Shown: positions 36,490-45,419, counted from the first letter of the stretch. The stretch: 64,000 bases of DNA from an uncultured bacterium (GCA_966243015.1 CBIMES010000001.1:426076-490075); one strand, 5' to 3'. A program made the numbers and translations. Notes: generated by a model not told the origin, from the sequence alone.

Positions 36490-37008
36490 TTAGAGCTTCC
36501 GACTATCGTACGCCCAGTGAAGAAGGGCCTGCCTTTGCTTTCGGTGACAGAAGAAGTCGCCGGGACGGCACGAGTGCGCCACCTGGGCGACGTGGCGACG
36601 CATGGCCTTCCAGCGCTTGATCTGCCGGGCATCCTCCTCTGGCAGACGGCGGCCACGATAGTAACGGCAATACCATTGAAACCAGCCGCGCGGGTCGTCA
36701 GGGTAGATCCACCCCTTCCTCACCCACTCGGCCAAAGACTGCGATGCATTCACGCCAAAGAAGTTGAGTTTTGGATCGTGTTTGCCCGGCGAGAGCTTGG
36801 CGTTCTCGAACCAGCTCGCGGGAAACTCAGCGCGGCAGTCAGTCATGTACTTGCCGCCGAAGACGCCGAGGGCCAGGCATTCGGCGGGCGTGAGGTCGGG
36901 CTTGAACTCGGGATCAAAGTCCCTGCCCTCGGGAGCGGTGAGCTCATACGAGTACCCATCCTGCATGAGGTCATGGACGGTCACGGTCTCTATTCTGCGC
37001 GAGGACAT
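36490..37008 (-). CDS. Conserved hypothetical protein
   Basis: FKPDLTP...LGVFGGKY, DPRGWFQWYCRYY.GRR, RQALLHWAYD conserved-looking blocks. Confidence 0.8.
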   Translation of the reverse strand: MSSRRIETVTVHDLMQDGYSYELTAPEGRDFDPEFKPDLTPAECLALGVFGGKYMTDCRAEFPASWFENAKLSPGKHDPKLNFFGVNASQSLAEWVRKGWIYPDDPRGWFQWYCRYYRGRRLPEEDARQIKRWKAMRRHVAQVAHSCRPGDFFCHRKQRQALLHWAYDSRKL

Positions 37009-37009
37009 G

Positions 37010-37342
37010 CTAGATGAAGATGATGAGGCCGATGGTGACGGCCGCGACGGACGAGAGGAGGACGTACCCCGCCATCATATCCTTGATCCTCCCTATCGCC
37101 GGGTCCTGATTCGGCTCGATTTTATTGCAAATGTCCTCGACGGCGGTGTTCACGATCTCGGCCATGAGGACAAGGGCGACCGCGAAGACGATCGCGACCC
37201 ACTCAAGCGAGGAAAGCCCGCGGACGAATCCGAGGGCAATGACGAGAACCGCGACGACGGCCTGCACGCGGAAGTTAAACTCCTCGCGAAGCACTGTCCT
37301 GAAACCGTTCGCGGCCCAACCAAAGCTCTTGATGAATCTCAT
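37010..37342 (-). CDS. Diacylglycerol/undecaprenol kinase (DgkA family)
   Basis: EFNFR, AEIVNTAVED, IKDMMAG. Confidence 0.9.
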   Translation of the reverse strand: MRFIKSFGWAANGFRTVLREEFNFRVQAVVAVLVIALGFVRGLSSLEWVAIVFAVALVLMAEIVNTAVEDICNKIEPNQDPAIGRIKDMMAGYVLLSSVAAVTIGLIIFI

Positions 37343-37356
37343 ATGAAAATGCGCGA

Positions 37357-37923
37357 CTAGTATTTGCGGATAACGCCCTTCACGACGGCGACGATGTGAA
37401 GGTCGTACTCGGGATAGATGGGCTTGTAGTTCCTGTTGGCTGGCTCGAGGTAGATCTGATTGCCCTTCTTGCGGTAGAACTTCATGGTCCAGCCGCCGTC
37501 CACCTCGGCGATGACGATGTCGCCAACCTTGGCATTGTCGGTTTTCTCGGCAACGACGAGGTCGCCCTCCCTGATGCCCTCCTCGATCATGGAGTCGCCC
37601 TTCACCTCGAGAAGGTATGTCTTCTCGCGATCCTCGACGAGATAGGTATTGAGGTTAAGGGTGTCGAGAGTGTGCTCTTCGGCGACCATTGGGATACCCG
37701 CCTCGACGAGACCGAGAAGTGGAACCTCGTCCATCATGCGCGTCGGCGAGAGCTTGCCCTGGGCGTCCTTGGTCACGACGCCAGCCTCAATCAGCTTGTT
37801 GATGAGTTTGTAGACGGCGTTCTTTGACTTGAAGCCGGTGAGATCCATGATCTCCTTGTAGCCGGGCATGCGCTTGTGCGTCGCGTAGAAGCCGGTGATC
37901 TGTGTCTTGTACTTCTCGAACAT
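37357..37923 (-). CDS. lexA: LexA-family repressor
   Basis: HTH (MPGYKEIM...FKSKNAV), VEAG cleavage site, VKGDSM catalytic Ser, TMK catalytic Lys. Start moved to ATG 37923. Confidence 0.9.
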   Translation of the reverse strand: MFEKYKTQITGFYATHKRMPGYKEIMDLTGFKSKNAVYKLINKLIEAGVVTKDAQGKLSPTRMMDEVPLLGLVEAGIPMVAEEHTLDTLNLNTYLVEDREKTYLLEVKGDSMIEEGIREGDLVVAEKTDNAKVGDIVIAEVDGGWTMKFYRKKGNQIYLEPANRNYKPIYPEYDLHIVAVVKGVIRKY

Positions 37924-37958
37924 TAAGTAAGGGGTGTAAGGGTCTCGCCTATTATATC

Positions 37959-38168
37959 CTAGAGGGTAAACGACGCGACCATCTGACCTGCCCTCTCGAT
38001 CCACGATGGCTGATGAGTCTTCGTGAGGTACTGGAGCTGGGCGATGAGGAACTTGTGTCGGCGGGCGTCCCTCTTGTAGGACTGGCCCTTGATGATCTTC
38101 ATGTCGATGGCCCAGTTGAGTGCCACGATCTCCTTCTTGATGGTCTTTGCGAGGGTTGTCTTGCTCAT
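37959..38168 (-). CDS. Small basic hypothetical protein, first gene of the lexA unit
   Basis: MSKTTLAK... ORF between the promoter and lexA. Confidence 0.65.
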   Translation of the reverse strand: MSKTTLAKTIKKEIVALNWAIDMKIIKGQSYKRDARRHKFLIAQLQYLTKTHQPSWIERAGQMVASFTL

Positions 38169-38219
38169 AGATGTTTCTCGTTTATTTCGTTTAAATTCGG
38201 TCGCTGTCTGTATGAAATA

Positions 38220-38248
38220 AGTATAGGTGAACTCTCGTTCACCTGCAA
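38220..38248 (-). promoter_or_regulatory. Promoter with LexA-box-like operator in its spacer
   Basis: Minus strand reads TTGCAG-gtgaacgagagttcacc-TATACT; palindrome AGGTGAAC-N4-GTTCACCT at 38225-38244. Confidence 0.8.
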
Positions 38249-38282
38249 GAGACATCCCAGAGAATCCTGTGGATAAGTCGGC

Positions 38283-38714
38283 CTAGGCCGTGTCCGACTC
38301 GGTGACAATGCCCTCGAATTCGTCAGAAGAGTCAGCCTCCCCCATCGCCTTGGTGTCGTGAGCCACGCCGTCTCGGTGATGCGGAGGGCAATAGAGCGTA
38401 TAGAGCTTGAGCGGCTCGGCGTCAGAGACGTTGATGACGTTGTGCCAGGTGCCGGCGGGCACGATGGCGACCGATCCGTCCGAGACCTCGTGCCTCTCGC
38501 CCGGGGCGCCGTCGACCGCGTTCAGGACGACCGCGCCGCGACCTGCCTCGAAGCGGAAGAACTGGTCCACGTCGTGCACCTCGTTGCCGATCTCCTCGCC
38601 CGGCCGAAGGCTCATGGCGACGAGCTGCACGTTCTTCGCCGTATACAGCACCTCGCGGAACTTTTCGTTCCCGACCGTCAGCCTCTCGATGTTCGCTATG
38701 TATCCTTTTTTCAT
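38283..38714 (-). CDS. Cupin domain protein
   Basis: EIGNEVH.VDQFF, IVPAGTWHNVIN, LKLYTLY.PPHH. Confidence 0.9.
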   Translation of the reverse strand: MKKGYIANIERLTVGNEKFREVLYTAKNVQLVAMSLRPGEEIGNEVHDVDQFFRFEAGRGAVVLNAVDGAPGERHEVSDGSVAIVPAGTWHNVINVSDAEPLKLYTLYCPPHHRDGVAHDTKAMGEADSSDEFEGIVTESDTA

Positions 38715-38757
38715 ATGCCCCTATTGTACACCTGGGCACGGCGAGCGCACGACCGTA

Positions 38758-39171
38758 TTACACAATACGAATGCCCCTGAGCTCGGCGCGCAATTCCCGG
38801 TAGTTCGGCATCGCCCTGGCCACGAGATCCCAGAACCCCTGCGAGTGATTGAACTCTCCCCTGTGACAGAGCTCGTGAACGATGACATAGTCGGAGAGAT
38901 GCGCCGGCAGAAGGGCGATGCGGTAGTTGAAGTTGAGATTGCCGGACGAAGAGCAGCTCCCCCACCTGCTGCGCTGGTCGCGAATGGCGACCTTGCCGTA
39001 CGTGAATCCGTAGAACTGATTGAAGTGAGCGAGGCGGGCGTGGACGAGGGCGCGGGCGGATTCCCTGTGCACAAGATAGCTGGCGCGAGATGCGGCGGAC
39101 GGGCGACGGGCACGTCGCGGTCTCCGACGGACCTTCGTCGCGAACCTAACGCGCCAGAGCAAGTTTCTCAT
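38758..39171 (-). CDS. YgjP/M48-like metallopeptidase domain protein
   Basis: QRSRWGSCS, DYVIVHELCH, NHS..FW. Confidence 0.88.
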   Translation of the reverse strand: MRNLLWRVRFATKVRRRPRRARRPSAASRASYLVHRESARALVHARLAHFNQFYGFTYGKVAIRDQRSRWGSCSSSGNLNFNYRIALLPAHLSDYVIVHELCHRGEFNHSQGFWDLVARAMPNYRELRAELRGIRIV

Positions 39172-39394
39172 CGCGGGAGAGCTTCTTAATGCGAGCCTCC
39201 TCGACCGAGGCTGACGACCTGTCGGGAAAGGCCCTCGAGTACACGAGCCTCACCGGGCGACGGCTGCGGGTGTATTTTGCGCCCCTTGATCCAGGGGCGG
39301 CAGAGTTGTGCTCCTCCACCCTGCGGGCGAGGTCGGTCGTGATGCCCGTGTAGAGGGTGTTGTCGGAACAGAGGAGGATGTAGAGGTGGTACAT
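39146..39394 (-). CDS. GIY-YIG nuclease (UPF0213)
   Basis: YILLCSDNTLYTGITTD..RR..EHN...GAKYTR. Confidence 0.9.
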   Translation of the reverse strand: MYHLYILLCSDNTLYTGITTDLARRVEEHNSAAPGSRGAKYTRSRRPVRLVYSRAFPDRSSASVEEARIKKLSRDEKLALAR

Positions 39395-41364
39395 TAAATT
39401 TCCTTAAACCCAATACTTTTTAAGTAACCGTAGGTTTCGTCGTAAAATTCTGGGCTACGTGTCGAATCATTCGCATCTCCGTTGGGCACAACAATAACCA
39501 TGCCCTGTCGTGCACGAGTTAGCAAAACACGATAGGCGTTTTTCTGATATGTCTGCCTCTCTTCTTTTTTAATATTCTGCCATCTACTGCCAACAAAGGA
39601 ATAATGACCCCATGCATCTCCCGTATACCTAAAGTCCCCATCCCAAACCACACAAGACCAGTCGAGCTCAAGACCCTGAATGTCAAACTCAGTAGCAACA
39701 TCCTCCATGTAGTACGACGAACGAACATCGTCCTTTCCATCCAAAAACCAGTGAACCGGATCAACCGTTGACTTAACGAATATGGCATGCGGCCGTAGAC
39801 GCTCCGCCTGAGATGAGACGATCATCCCGTAACGCTCGCTTCCACGCGCATGTGTTTTAATCCAATCCTTTGCCATCTTAATGTCACGAGTGATTACTAT
39901 TGGATACTTTTCGTGTAACCCCTCCAAAGTTTTGCTTGCTTGCAACGGCCTTATATCAAGAACCTCTTTTACCAATTTAGAGACATTTTCAGCACGAAAA
40001 GAACGCATCGAAACCGCAAGGTGCAATTCGTCAATGAAATGAACATTTTTTTGGTTTTTAATTTTCTCAATAATTTCACCGCTACCGTATTCCGAGTCAG
40101 TGAGGCGTGGCGAAACATATATTTCCCATTCAGGGAAGGATCCATTGAGGCAATTTATCCATTCTTTTATACCTCCCTCACCCGTATGAATCTCCTGTCC
40201 GCCGCCGACAAGGCACACAACGGTCGCCCAATCATTGTGCCTATCCATACACGAAATAAGAAATTCTGGCTCTGAAAGATTAAAATCTTGCTGCCCTTTT
40301 TTCCTTCGCATGAAATCGACCGTCTGCTTTTTATCCCAAGCACGTTGCGCCTCATCAAAAAGTGCCACGTGCTCAATTGGCGCTTTCTGCCCCCGAAGAC
40401 AATCGTCTCTAAAGTGGTGAACGTTTTGGATAAACAAACTAACTTCACGAATTGCGTCTTTTTTTGTAAATCTATTTCCTTTTTCCTTTTCCCTTGCGAC
40501 ACGATCTCGCGCCAAAGCCTCTCGTAGAATCGAAACAAGAGGACCGTTCCCCGAAAGATACACGCTATATAAATCACTGTCCTTATCAAGGTGTTTTTGA
40601 GCCACATCAAGTCCGACAAGCGTCTTGCCCGCACCGGGAACACCGGTCACAAAACAAATCGATTTACGCCCATTTTTCTTAGAATCAGCTATAACGCCTG
40701 AAACACGAGCAACGGTGTTTTTGAGATTTATGGCACCCGCATCTGAACGAGAGATACTTTCAACTGCATGTCCGCGATAAAGCGACATTGCAGCTTCTAC
40801 AATCGTAGGTGTTGGGCTATATATGCCGTCTTCCCACTTACGTTGGTTTATTTTCCCTGAGTCAACAAATTTTTCGAGCAGAGAAAAAATATCTTTCACA
40901 CCCTCGGCATTGACAGCAATGGGCTGAAAAACCTTATCTTCTTGCTTCGAAAATTGAGGGGTTACGATAGTTTGTTTTGCCTCTGTTGCAACAAGAACAG
41001 GGGCAATGTATATATCATGGCTAGTGCTGTGAAAATTTTTGAGATCCAGGGCATAATCCCAGACTTGATCAAGTGCATATGAGGCATATGCCGATTCGCC
41101 CACCTTAAACTCAATAACGTATAAAGTGTTCCCGGTAATAACCACGGCGTCTATACGCCTTCCCATTCGGGGAATTGAGTATTCGAAATAAATAGCACCG
41201 TCCTTATTTTTTAACGCTTCCTTCAATAACCTGATCTGTGCAATCCACGTGTCTCGTTGGGCTTTGATCACATCAAAATCACTGCTTGCGGTGATCTTGC
41301 CAAGGACAGTATCGACGTCTTCACCTAGAAACGATTGTATCGTATTTGAGTAAAAGTGATTCAC
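39394..41364 (-). CDS. DUF2075 (Schlafen group 3-like helicase) protein with an N-terminal nuclease-like domain
   Basis: GVPGAGKT Walker A, FDEAQR, QGLELDW, YRVLLTRAR; N-terminal RIDAV..IEFK; visibly AT-richer than its flanks. Confidence 0.88.
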   Translation of the reverse strand: MNHFYSNTIQSFLGEDVDTVLGKITASSDFDVIKAQRDTWIAQIRLLKEALKNKDGAIYFEYSIPRMGRRIDAVVITGNTLYVIEFKVGESAYASYALDQVWDYALDLKNFHSTSHDIYIAPVLVATEAKQTIVTPQFSKQEDKVFQPIAVNAEGVKDIFSLLEKFVDSGKINQRKWEDGIYSPTPTIVEAAMSLYRGHAVESISRSDAGAINLKNTVARVSGVIADSKKNGRKSICFVTGVPGAGKTLVGLDVAQKHLDKDSDLYSVYLSGNGPLVSILREALARDRVAREKEKGNRFTKKDAIREVSLFIQNVHHFRDDCLRGQKAPIEHVALFDEAQRAWDKKQTVDFMRRKKGQQDFNLSEPEFLISCMDRHNDWATVVCLVGGGQEIHTGEGGIKEWINCLNGSFPEWEIYVSPRLTDSEYGSGEIIEKIKNQKNVHFIDELHLAVSMRSFRAENVSKLVKEVLDIRPLQASKTLEGLHEKYPIVITRDIKMAKDWIKTHARGSERYGMIVSSQAERLRPHAIFVKSTVDPVHWFLDGKDDVRSSYYMEDVATEFDIQGLELDWSCVVWDGDFRYTGDAWGHYSFVGSRWQNIKKEERQTYQKNAYRVLLTRARQGMVIVVPNGDANDSTRSPEFYDETYGYLKSIGFKEI

Positions 41365-41447
41365 GGCTTTTTTGTGGTTGTTGTTTAGGTATTATATTTA
41401 TACTAACACCCAACATACCTGAAAATCTCTTAGATTTCACACAAAAT

Positions 41448-41912
41448 TCACTTCGCGAGCCTGAATCTTCCGGTAATATTCCATGGTAGTCTTTTAAGAT
41501 TTTTCCTCTTAATATCATGCTCCCAAATCACCACCGTCTTCCACCCCTCCCTCTTAAGCGCCCTGAGATTTTTTCGATCCCTCGCCCTATTGCCCAATAT
41601 CTTATGTGACCAAAACTCGGTGTTAGTCTTGGGCATTCCCTTGGTACACTTCCTGCACCCGTGCCAGAAACAGCCGTTGATAATGATGGCAATCTTTCGC
41701 CCAGGAAAGGCGATGTCGGGCTTACCGGGGGCCTTCTTCCAGTGAAGTCGGTAGCCGCGAATGCCGAGCGAAGACAAATGCTTGCGCACGATAAGCTCAG
41801 GCTTCGTATTCTTGGACTTGTTAGCGAGCATCACGTTCCTCACCGCGATGCTTGTCGAAACGGGAGTCGGCGGACGTTTCGCAGGCTTCTTTTTTGATAA
41901 TTTCCTTATCAT
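41448..41912 (-). CDS. vsr: Very short patch repair endonuclease
   Basis: KNTKPE, PGKPDIAF, GCFWHGC, FW..KI..N..RD, IWEH. Confidence 0.92.
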   Translation of the reverse strand: MIRKLSKKKPAKRPPTPVSTSIAVRNVMLANKSKNTKPELIVRKHLSSLGIRGYRLHWKKAPGKPDIAFPGRKIAIIINGCFWHGCRKCTKGMPKTNTEFWSHKILGNRARDRKNLRALKREGWKTVVIWEHDIKRKNLKRLPWNITGRFRLAK

Positions 41913-41966
41913 TTGTTGATAAAGAATTTATCACGTTTTAAGAACTAAATGTAACCGCCCCAGAGG

Positions 41967-42317
41967 CTATTTAACCCTAAAAACCTCCCCTCTCCCCGTC
42001 CTCCCCACCGACACGACAAAGCCCTCCGCGGCGAGGGTGGCGAGATACCGTTCCGCCTGGGCGCGGTCGAAGCCAAGCATGTCCTGCACGTCAGACACCG
42101 AGACCTCGAGGCGATGCCTGACGAGCACTCTCACCCGCTCGAGGTTCTCGCGCCTCGCGAAAGCGTCCTCCTCGGGCGCAGATGGTGTGACGCCGGCAAC
42201 CACGCCCGCCTCGCTCATCTCCGTCGACCGTCTGCGCACGACGTAGACAATGATCGTGACGGCGGCAGCGAGGACGAGGAGGGCAGCGATGATGAGGACG
42301 ACAGGGACGATATTCAT
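41967..42317 (-). CDS. TM-anchored winged-helix protein
   Basis: N-terminal TM; DVQDMLG...AERYLATLAAEG..VGRTGRG. Confidence 0.75.
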   Translation of the reverse strand: MNIVPVVLIIAALLVLAAAVTIIVYVVRRRSTEMSEAGVVAGVTPSAPEEDAFARRENLERVRVLVRHRLEVSVSDVQDMLGFDRAQAERYLATLAAEGFVVSVGRTGRGEVFRVK

Positions 42318-42413
42318 GGTTGGTTTGCGTTACATCTAATCTGTCCTAAAAGGATAATAAAAAGAAGGTAAAGTTTTGGTAAAGAAACCGATGCCCTCCC
42401 TATCACACAACAA

Positions 42414-42443
42414 AAAGAAAGGCTCAGTCCACTGAGCCTTTCT
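42414..42443. repeat. Dispersed palindrome copy 3; left 30-bp direct repeat of the NYN module
   Basis: AAAGAAAGGCTCAGTCCACTGAGCCTTTCT, identical to 43213-43242. Confidence 0.85.
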
Positions 42444-42512
42444 CAAAATCAACCCCTCGGCAAGGGGTAAAACGGATGTTTACTTTTGACCAAAATTATA
42501 TATACTCATGAT

Positions 42513-42600
42513 ATCTTCTGGTTTATTCATTTTGACCAGAAGGGCACTACATCCAAGGGCGGCCCTCCGAAAGGAGGGCCGCTTTGTATGTGTGCTCACT
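42513..42600 (+). ncRNA. Candidate structured small RNA convergent with the NYN gene
   Basis: TTTACT-N16-TATACT at 42479-42506; hairpin CTTCTGGT/ACCAGAAG; long imperfect stem 42542-42597 capped by GAAA, with G-U pairs on the + strand. Confidence 0.4.
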
Positions 42601-42611
42601 TGTTTCCCTTA

Positions 42612-43184
42612 CTAAACCGAGGCCCTCCGCTCAAGATCCCTTCCCCATATATCACCCTCTATAAGAAGAACGTCATAATACCCATCAGACCCTGTACGGA
42701 GCTCTTGGGATACATTGTTTCTCGAGGAGAATACACAGGCCTTCTTTCCCCTGCTTCTCACATAGGTGATAAGGGCGAGGAAATCTGAGTCTCCGGTAAA
42801 GAACACGGCCGTATCGTATACCGAGACGTTGTGCACGACATCGATGGTAATTTCGACATCCATATTGCCCTTCTCCTTGATCAAATCTCCTTGGGCGCCC
42901 TGCACGGGTATTCGCTTGAGCTCTTTCTTGACGACCGTAAAGCCAAGCCCTTTCTTGAGGTACGTGTAAAAACGATGCTTGCCGTCGAGATCATAATCCC
43001 GGGTCCCTTTCGCGGGATAGGCCGTATAGTAAAACACCTTGAGCTCAGTTGCCGAAAATTCACGGACGAGAAAGGCCCTGAGCTTCTCATAGTCAAACAT
43101 CTTGCCGCGTGCCTTCTGGGCCTGCCAGAGATTGCTCGCGTCGATGAAAACATAAACACGGTTGTTTTGCGGTAAGTCGACCAT
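42612..43184 (-). CDS. NYN domain protein (LabA/DUF88, PIN-like)
   Basis: VFIDASN, KGNMDVEITID, FTGDSDF. Confidence 0.92.
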   Translation of the reverse strand: MVDLPQNNRVYVFIDASNLWQAQKARGKMFDYEKLRAFLVREFSATELKVFYYTAYPAKGTRDYDLDGKHRFYTYLKKGLGFTVVKKELKRIPVQGAQGDLIKEKGNMDVEITIDVVHNVSVYDTAVFFTGDSDFLALITYVRSRGKKACVFSSRNNVSQELRTGSDGYYDVLLIEGDIWGRDLERRASV

Positions 43185-43212
43185 GACGCCGTGATTCTAT
43201 CATACGAGGGAT

Positions 43213-43242
43213 AAAGAAAGGCTCAGTCCACTGAGCCTTTCT
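43213..43242. repeat. Dispersed palindrome copy 4; right 30-bp direct repeat
   Basis: Identical to 42414-42443. Confidence 0.85.
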
Positions 43243-43266
43243 TCGTCGCCCTATTGAGCCCTATTT

Positions 43267-43641
43267 CTAGCGCACCGCCCTGTACGTCACGCCCCTTCCC
43301 TTGTCGCCGTGGCGGACGAGCAGACCCTCGGCCTCAAGCTCGTGCAGGTACCGCGTGGCCGTCGCGTCAGAGACGCCGAGAGCCCGCTCTACGTCGTTGT
43401 TCGCGATCTCCTCGCTCTCGTACGCGAGGTCGAGCACGTCCTGGAGATGCTTCTGCCTGCGGGCCTGGATCGGCGTGAAGTGGTCGAGATTGCCCCGCTC
43501 CTCGTGCCTGTGCCAGAAGAGGAGGAAGAAGACGGTGAGGACCGCGAAGAAGAGCGCGAGCATCGGGTCGATGAAGGCGACAACGAGGACGAATCCCGCC
43601 ATGAGGGTGCCAATCGTCTTTTTTGAGATCTCTATGTCCAT
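43267..43641 (-). CDS. TM-anchored winged-helix protein (paralog of 41967-42317)
   Basis: Two TM segments; NNDVERALGVSDATATRYLHELEAEG. Start ATG 43641, after TGaTAGAAT. Confidence 0.8.
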   Translation of the reverse strand: MDIEISKKTIGTLMAGFVLVVAFIDPMLALFFAVLTVFFLLFWHRHEERGNLDHFTPIQARRQKHLQDVLDLAYESEEIANNDVERALGVSDATATRYLHELEAEGLLVRHGDKGRGVTYRAVR

Positions 43642-43725
43642 GCCCACATTCTATCACCCGTCTCGCCGTCGGCAACCGCCCATAAAAAAGCCGGCACCCA
43701 TGTGCCGGCTTGAATGACCGTCTGC

Positions 43726-44559
43726 CTATCCGCCAGACCCGAGCATCTTCTCGAGCGTCGCGAGACCCATCGAGTTCCTGGCGTCGAGGAACATGTTCCT
43801 GATACCGGCGACGTCCTGGCGCCCGACCAGCTCGCGGAGCTGGTGCAGGTGCGCAATAAGCGCGGTTATGGCCGCGACGGACGAATGCCCGTGGGCGACC
43901 TGAATCTGCGCGGCCACGTCGGGCGAGTTCGTGAGCAGGCGGGCAAGTCCCGCGTGATGCCCCCGAGACAGCCGCGTGCGCAGCCTGACCAGGTCGTCTC
44001 CCGACACCCTCACGTCGCGAAGCGCGAGCGCCTCGGCGAGGAGGACGGCGTGAATGAGGGCCTGGCAGCCGAGCATGTCGTGATCGTGCTTCGAGCACCC
44101 GACCCTCTCTATCGTGGCGCCGGTCTCTTCGAGAAAAGACTGGAACCACCCCTTCCACGACAAGCCCATGTGCTCGTCTGACACGGCGACGATCTCGCCC
44201 TTCCATGTCGGCGACTCGCCCTCCCTCACGCGCGGCGGCGCGAAGAGCGGGTGAATGCCGACGACGGACGCCCCGGTCTCGAGCAACGCCTCCATGGCGT
44301 TGGCCTTGAAGGACGATATGTCGATCCAGAGCTGGCCGTCACGCGAGGACGGCGCGGCGTCGTTTATGGCGCGCACCGTATACATGAGTGGGACGCAGAA
44401 CACCACGACGTCGGCCGCCGAGACGAGCTCGGCGATCCGCGTGTGATGGGTCCCGTCGTCGTAGCCCGTGACGTCGCAGCCGAGACCGGCGAAGAAGGCC
44501 TTGAACCAGCGGCCAAAGGCGCCGTCGATGCCGACGACGCATATCCGTTTCGGGTTCAC
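43726..44559 (-). CDS. tyrA: Prephenate dehydrogenase
   Basis: VVGIDGAFG Rossmann fold, DISSFK, GIHPLFAP, HDHDM..CQALIH; GTG start overlaps the pheA stop. Confidence 0.85.
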   Translation of the reverse strand: MNPKRICVVGIDGAFGRWFKAFFAGLGCDVTGYDDGTHHTRIAELVSAADVVVFCVPLMYTVRAINDAAPSSRDGQLWIDISSFKANAMEALLETGASVVGIHPLFAPPRVREGESPTWKGEIVAVSDEHMGLSWKGWFQSFLEETGATIERVGCSKHDHDMLGCQALIHAVLLAEALALRDVRVSGDDLVRLRTRLSRGHHAGLARLLTNSPDVAAQIQVAHGHSSVAAITALIAHLHQLRELVGRQDVAGIRNMFLDARNSMGLATLEKMLGSGG

Positions 44560-45419
44560 GACTCACCTCCCCTCGCGGCAGGCGCGAATTGGGGATACGA
44601 GCCGAGAACGTGAAGCCCCGTCGTCGAGCACTTGAAGTGCGTGAGCGCCGCGGCGACGTGCGCCATTGTCTGATGGCCGTCGAACTCGACGTAGAACGCA
44701 TACTGGCCGAGCTCTCCGAGAGGCATGGAATGGATGGACGTCAGGTTGATACCCTCGAATGACCCGAGCGCCCGAAGGAGCGCGTTGGGCCAGTTGTTGA
44801 GGGTGAAGATAACCGCCGTCCTGTCCTTGCCCGTAGGCTCAGTGCGATCAAAGCCCAGCACGTGGAAGCGCGTGGCGTTGTTGCTCGAGTCCTGCATGTT
44901 CTTGCGCATGACGCGCAGGCCGTGAACCTCGGCGGCGAAGGCCGATGCGAGCGCCGCCGTGTTCCGATACTTCGGATCAGACGACACCATCTCTGCCGCG
45001 CCCGCCGTGCTCACGCTGGGAATGCGCTTCATGAGCCGGAGCGCGTCCAGGTTCCCCGAGCACTGCCCGAGGGCCTGGGGATGCGACATGACCGAGGAGA
45101 TCTCGTCGTCGGCAGCCTCTGGGTGAACCAGGAGGCAATGCTCGACGGGAACAACGACCTCGCCGATGACCTGAATCTGCGGCGTGACGGTGTCGAGCCA
45201 GCAGCGCACGACCTCGAGCACGAGGCCCTGCTGTCCGTTCTCGACGGGGACGACGCCGTAGCAGCGGTTTGCGACCGCCGCCGCCAGCACGTCCTGATTC
45301 CTGTCCCTGAACTGAATGTTGACCGGCCTCTTCCCGAAGACGTCGAGCGTCCTCAGGGCAATCTGCGCGGCCTCATGGCCGTAGGTCCCGCGGGGACCCA
45401 GAGCGATAATCGAATCCAT
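44556..45419 (-). CDS. pheA: Prephenate dehydratase with ACT domain
   Basis: LGPRGTY, VVPVEN, SHPQALGQC, NATRF, LGSYP; AAGGAG SD before ATG 45419. Confidence 0.9.
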   Translation of the reverse strand: MDSIIALGPRGTYGHEAAQIALRTLDVFGKRPVNIQFRDRNQDVLAAAVANRCYGVVPVENGQQGLVLEVVRCWLDTVTPQIQVIGEVVVPVEHCLLVHPEAADDEISSVMSHPQALGQCSGNLDALRLMKRIPSVSTAGAAEMVSSDPKYRNTAALASAFAAEVHGLRVMRKNMQDSSNNATRFHVLGFDRTEPTGKDRTAVIFTLNNWPNALLRALGSFEGINLTSIHSMPLGELGQYAFYVEFDGHQTMAHVAAALTHFKCSTTGLHVLGSYPQFAPAARGGES

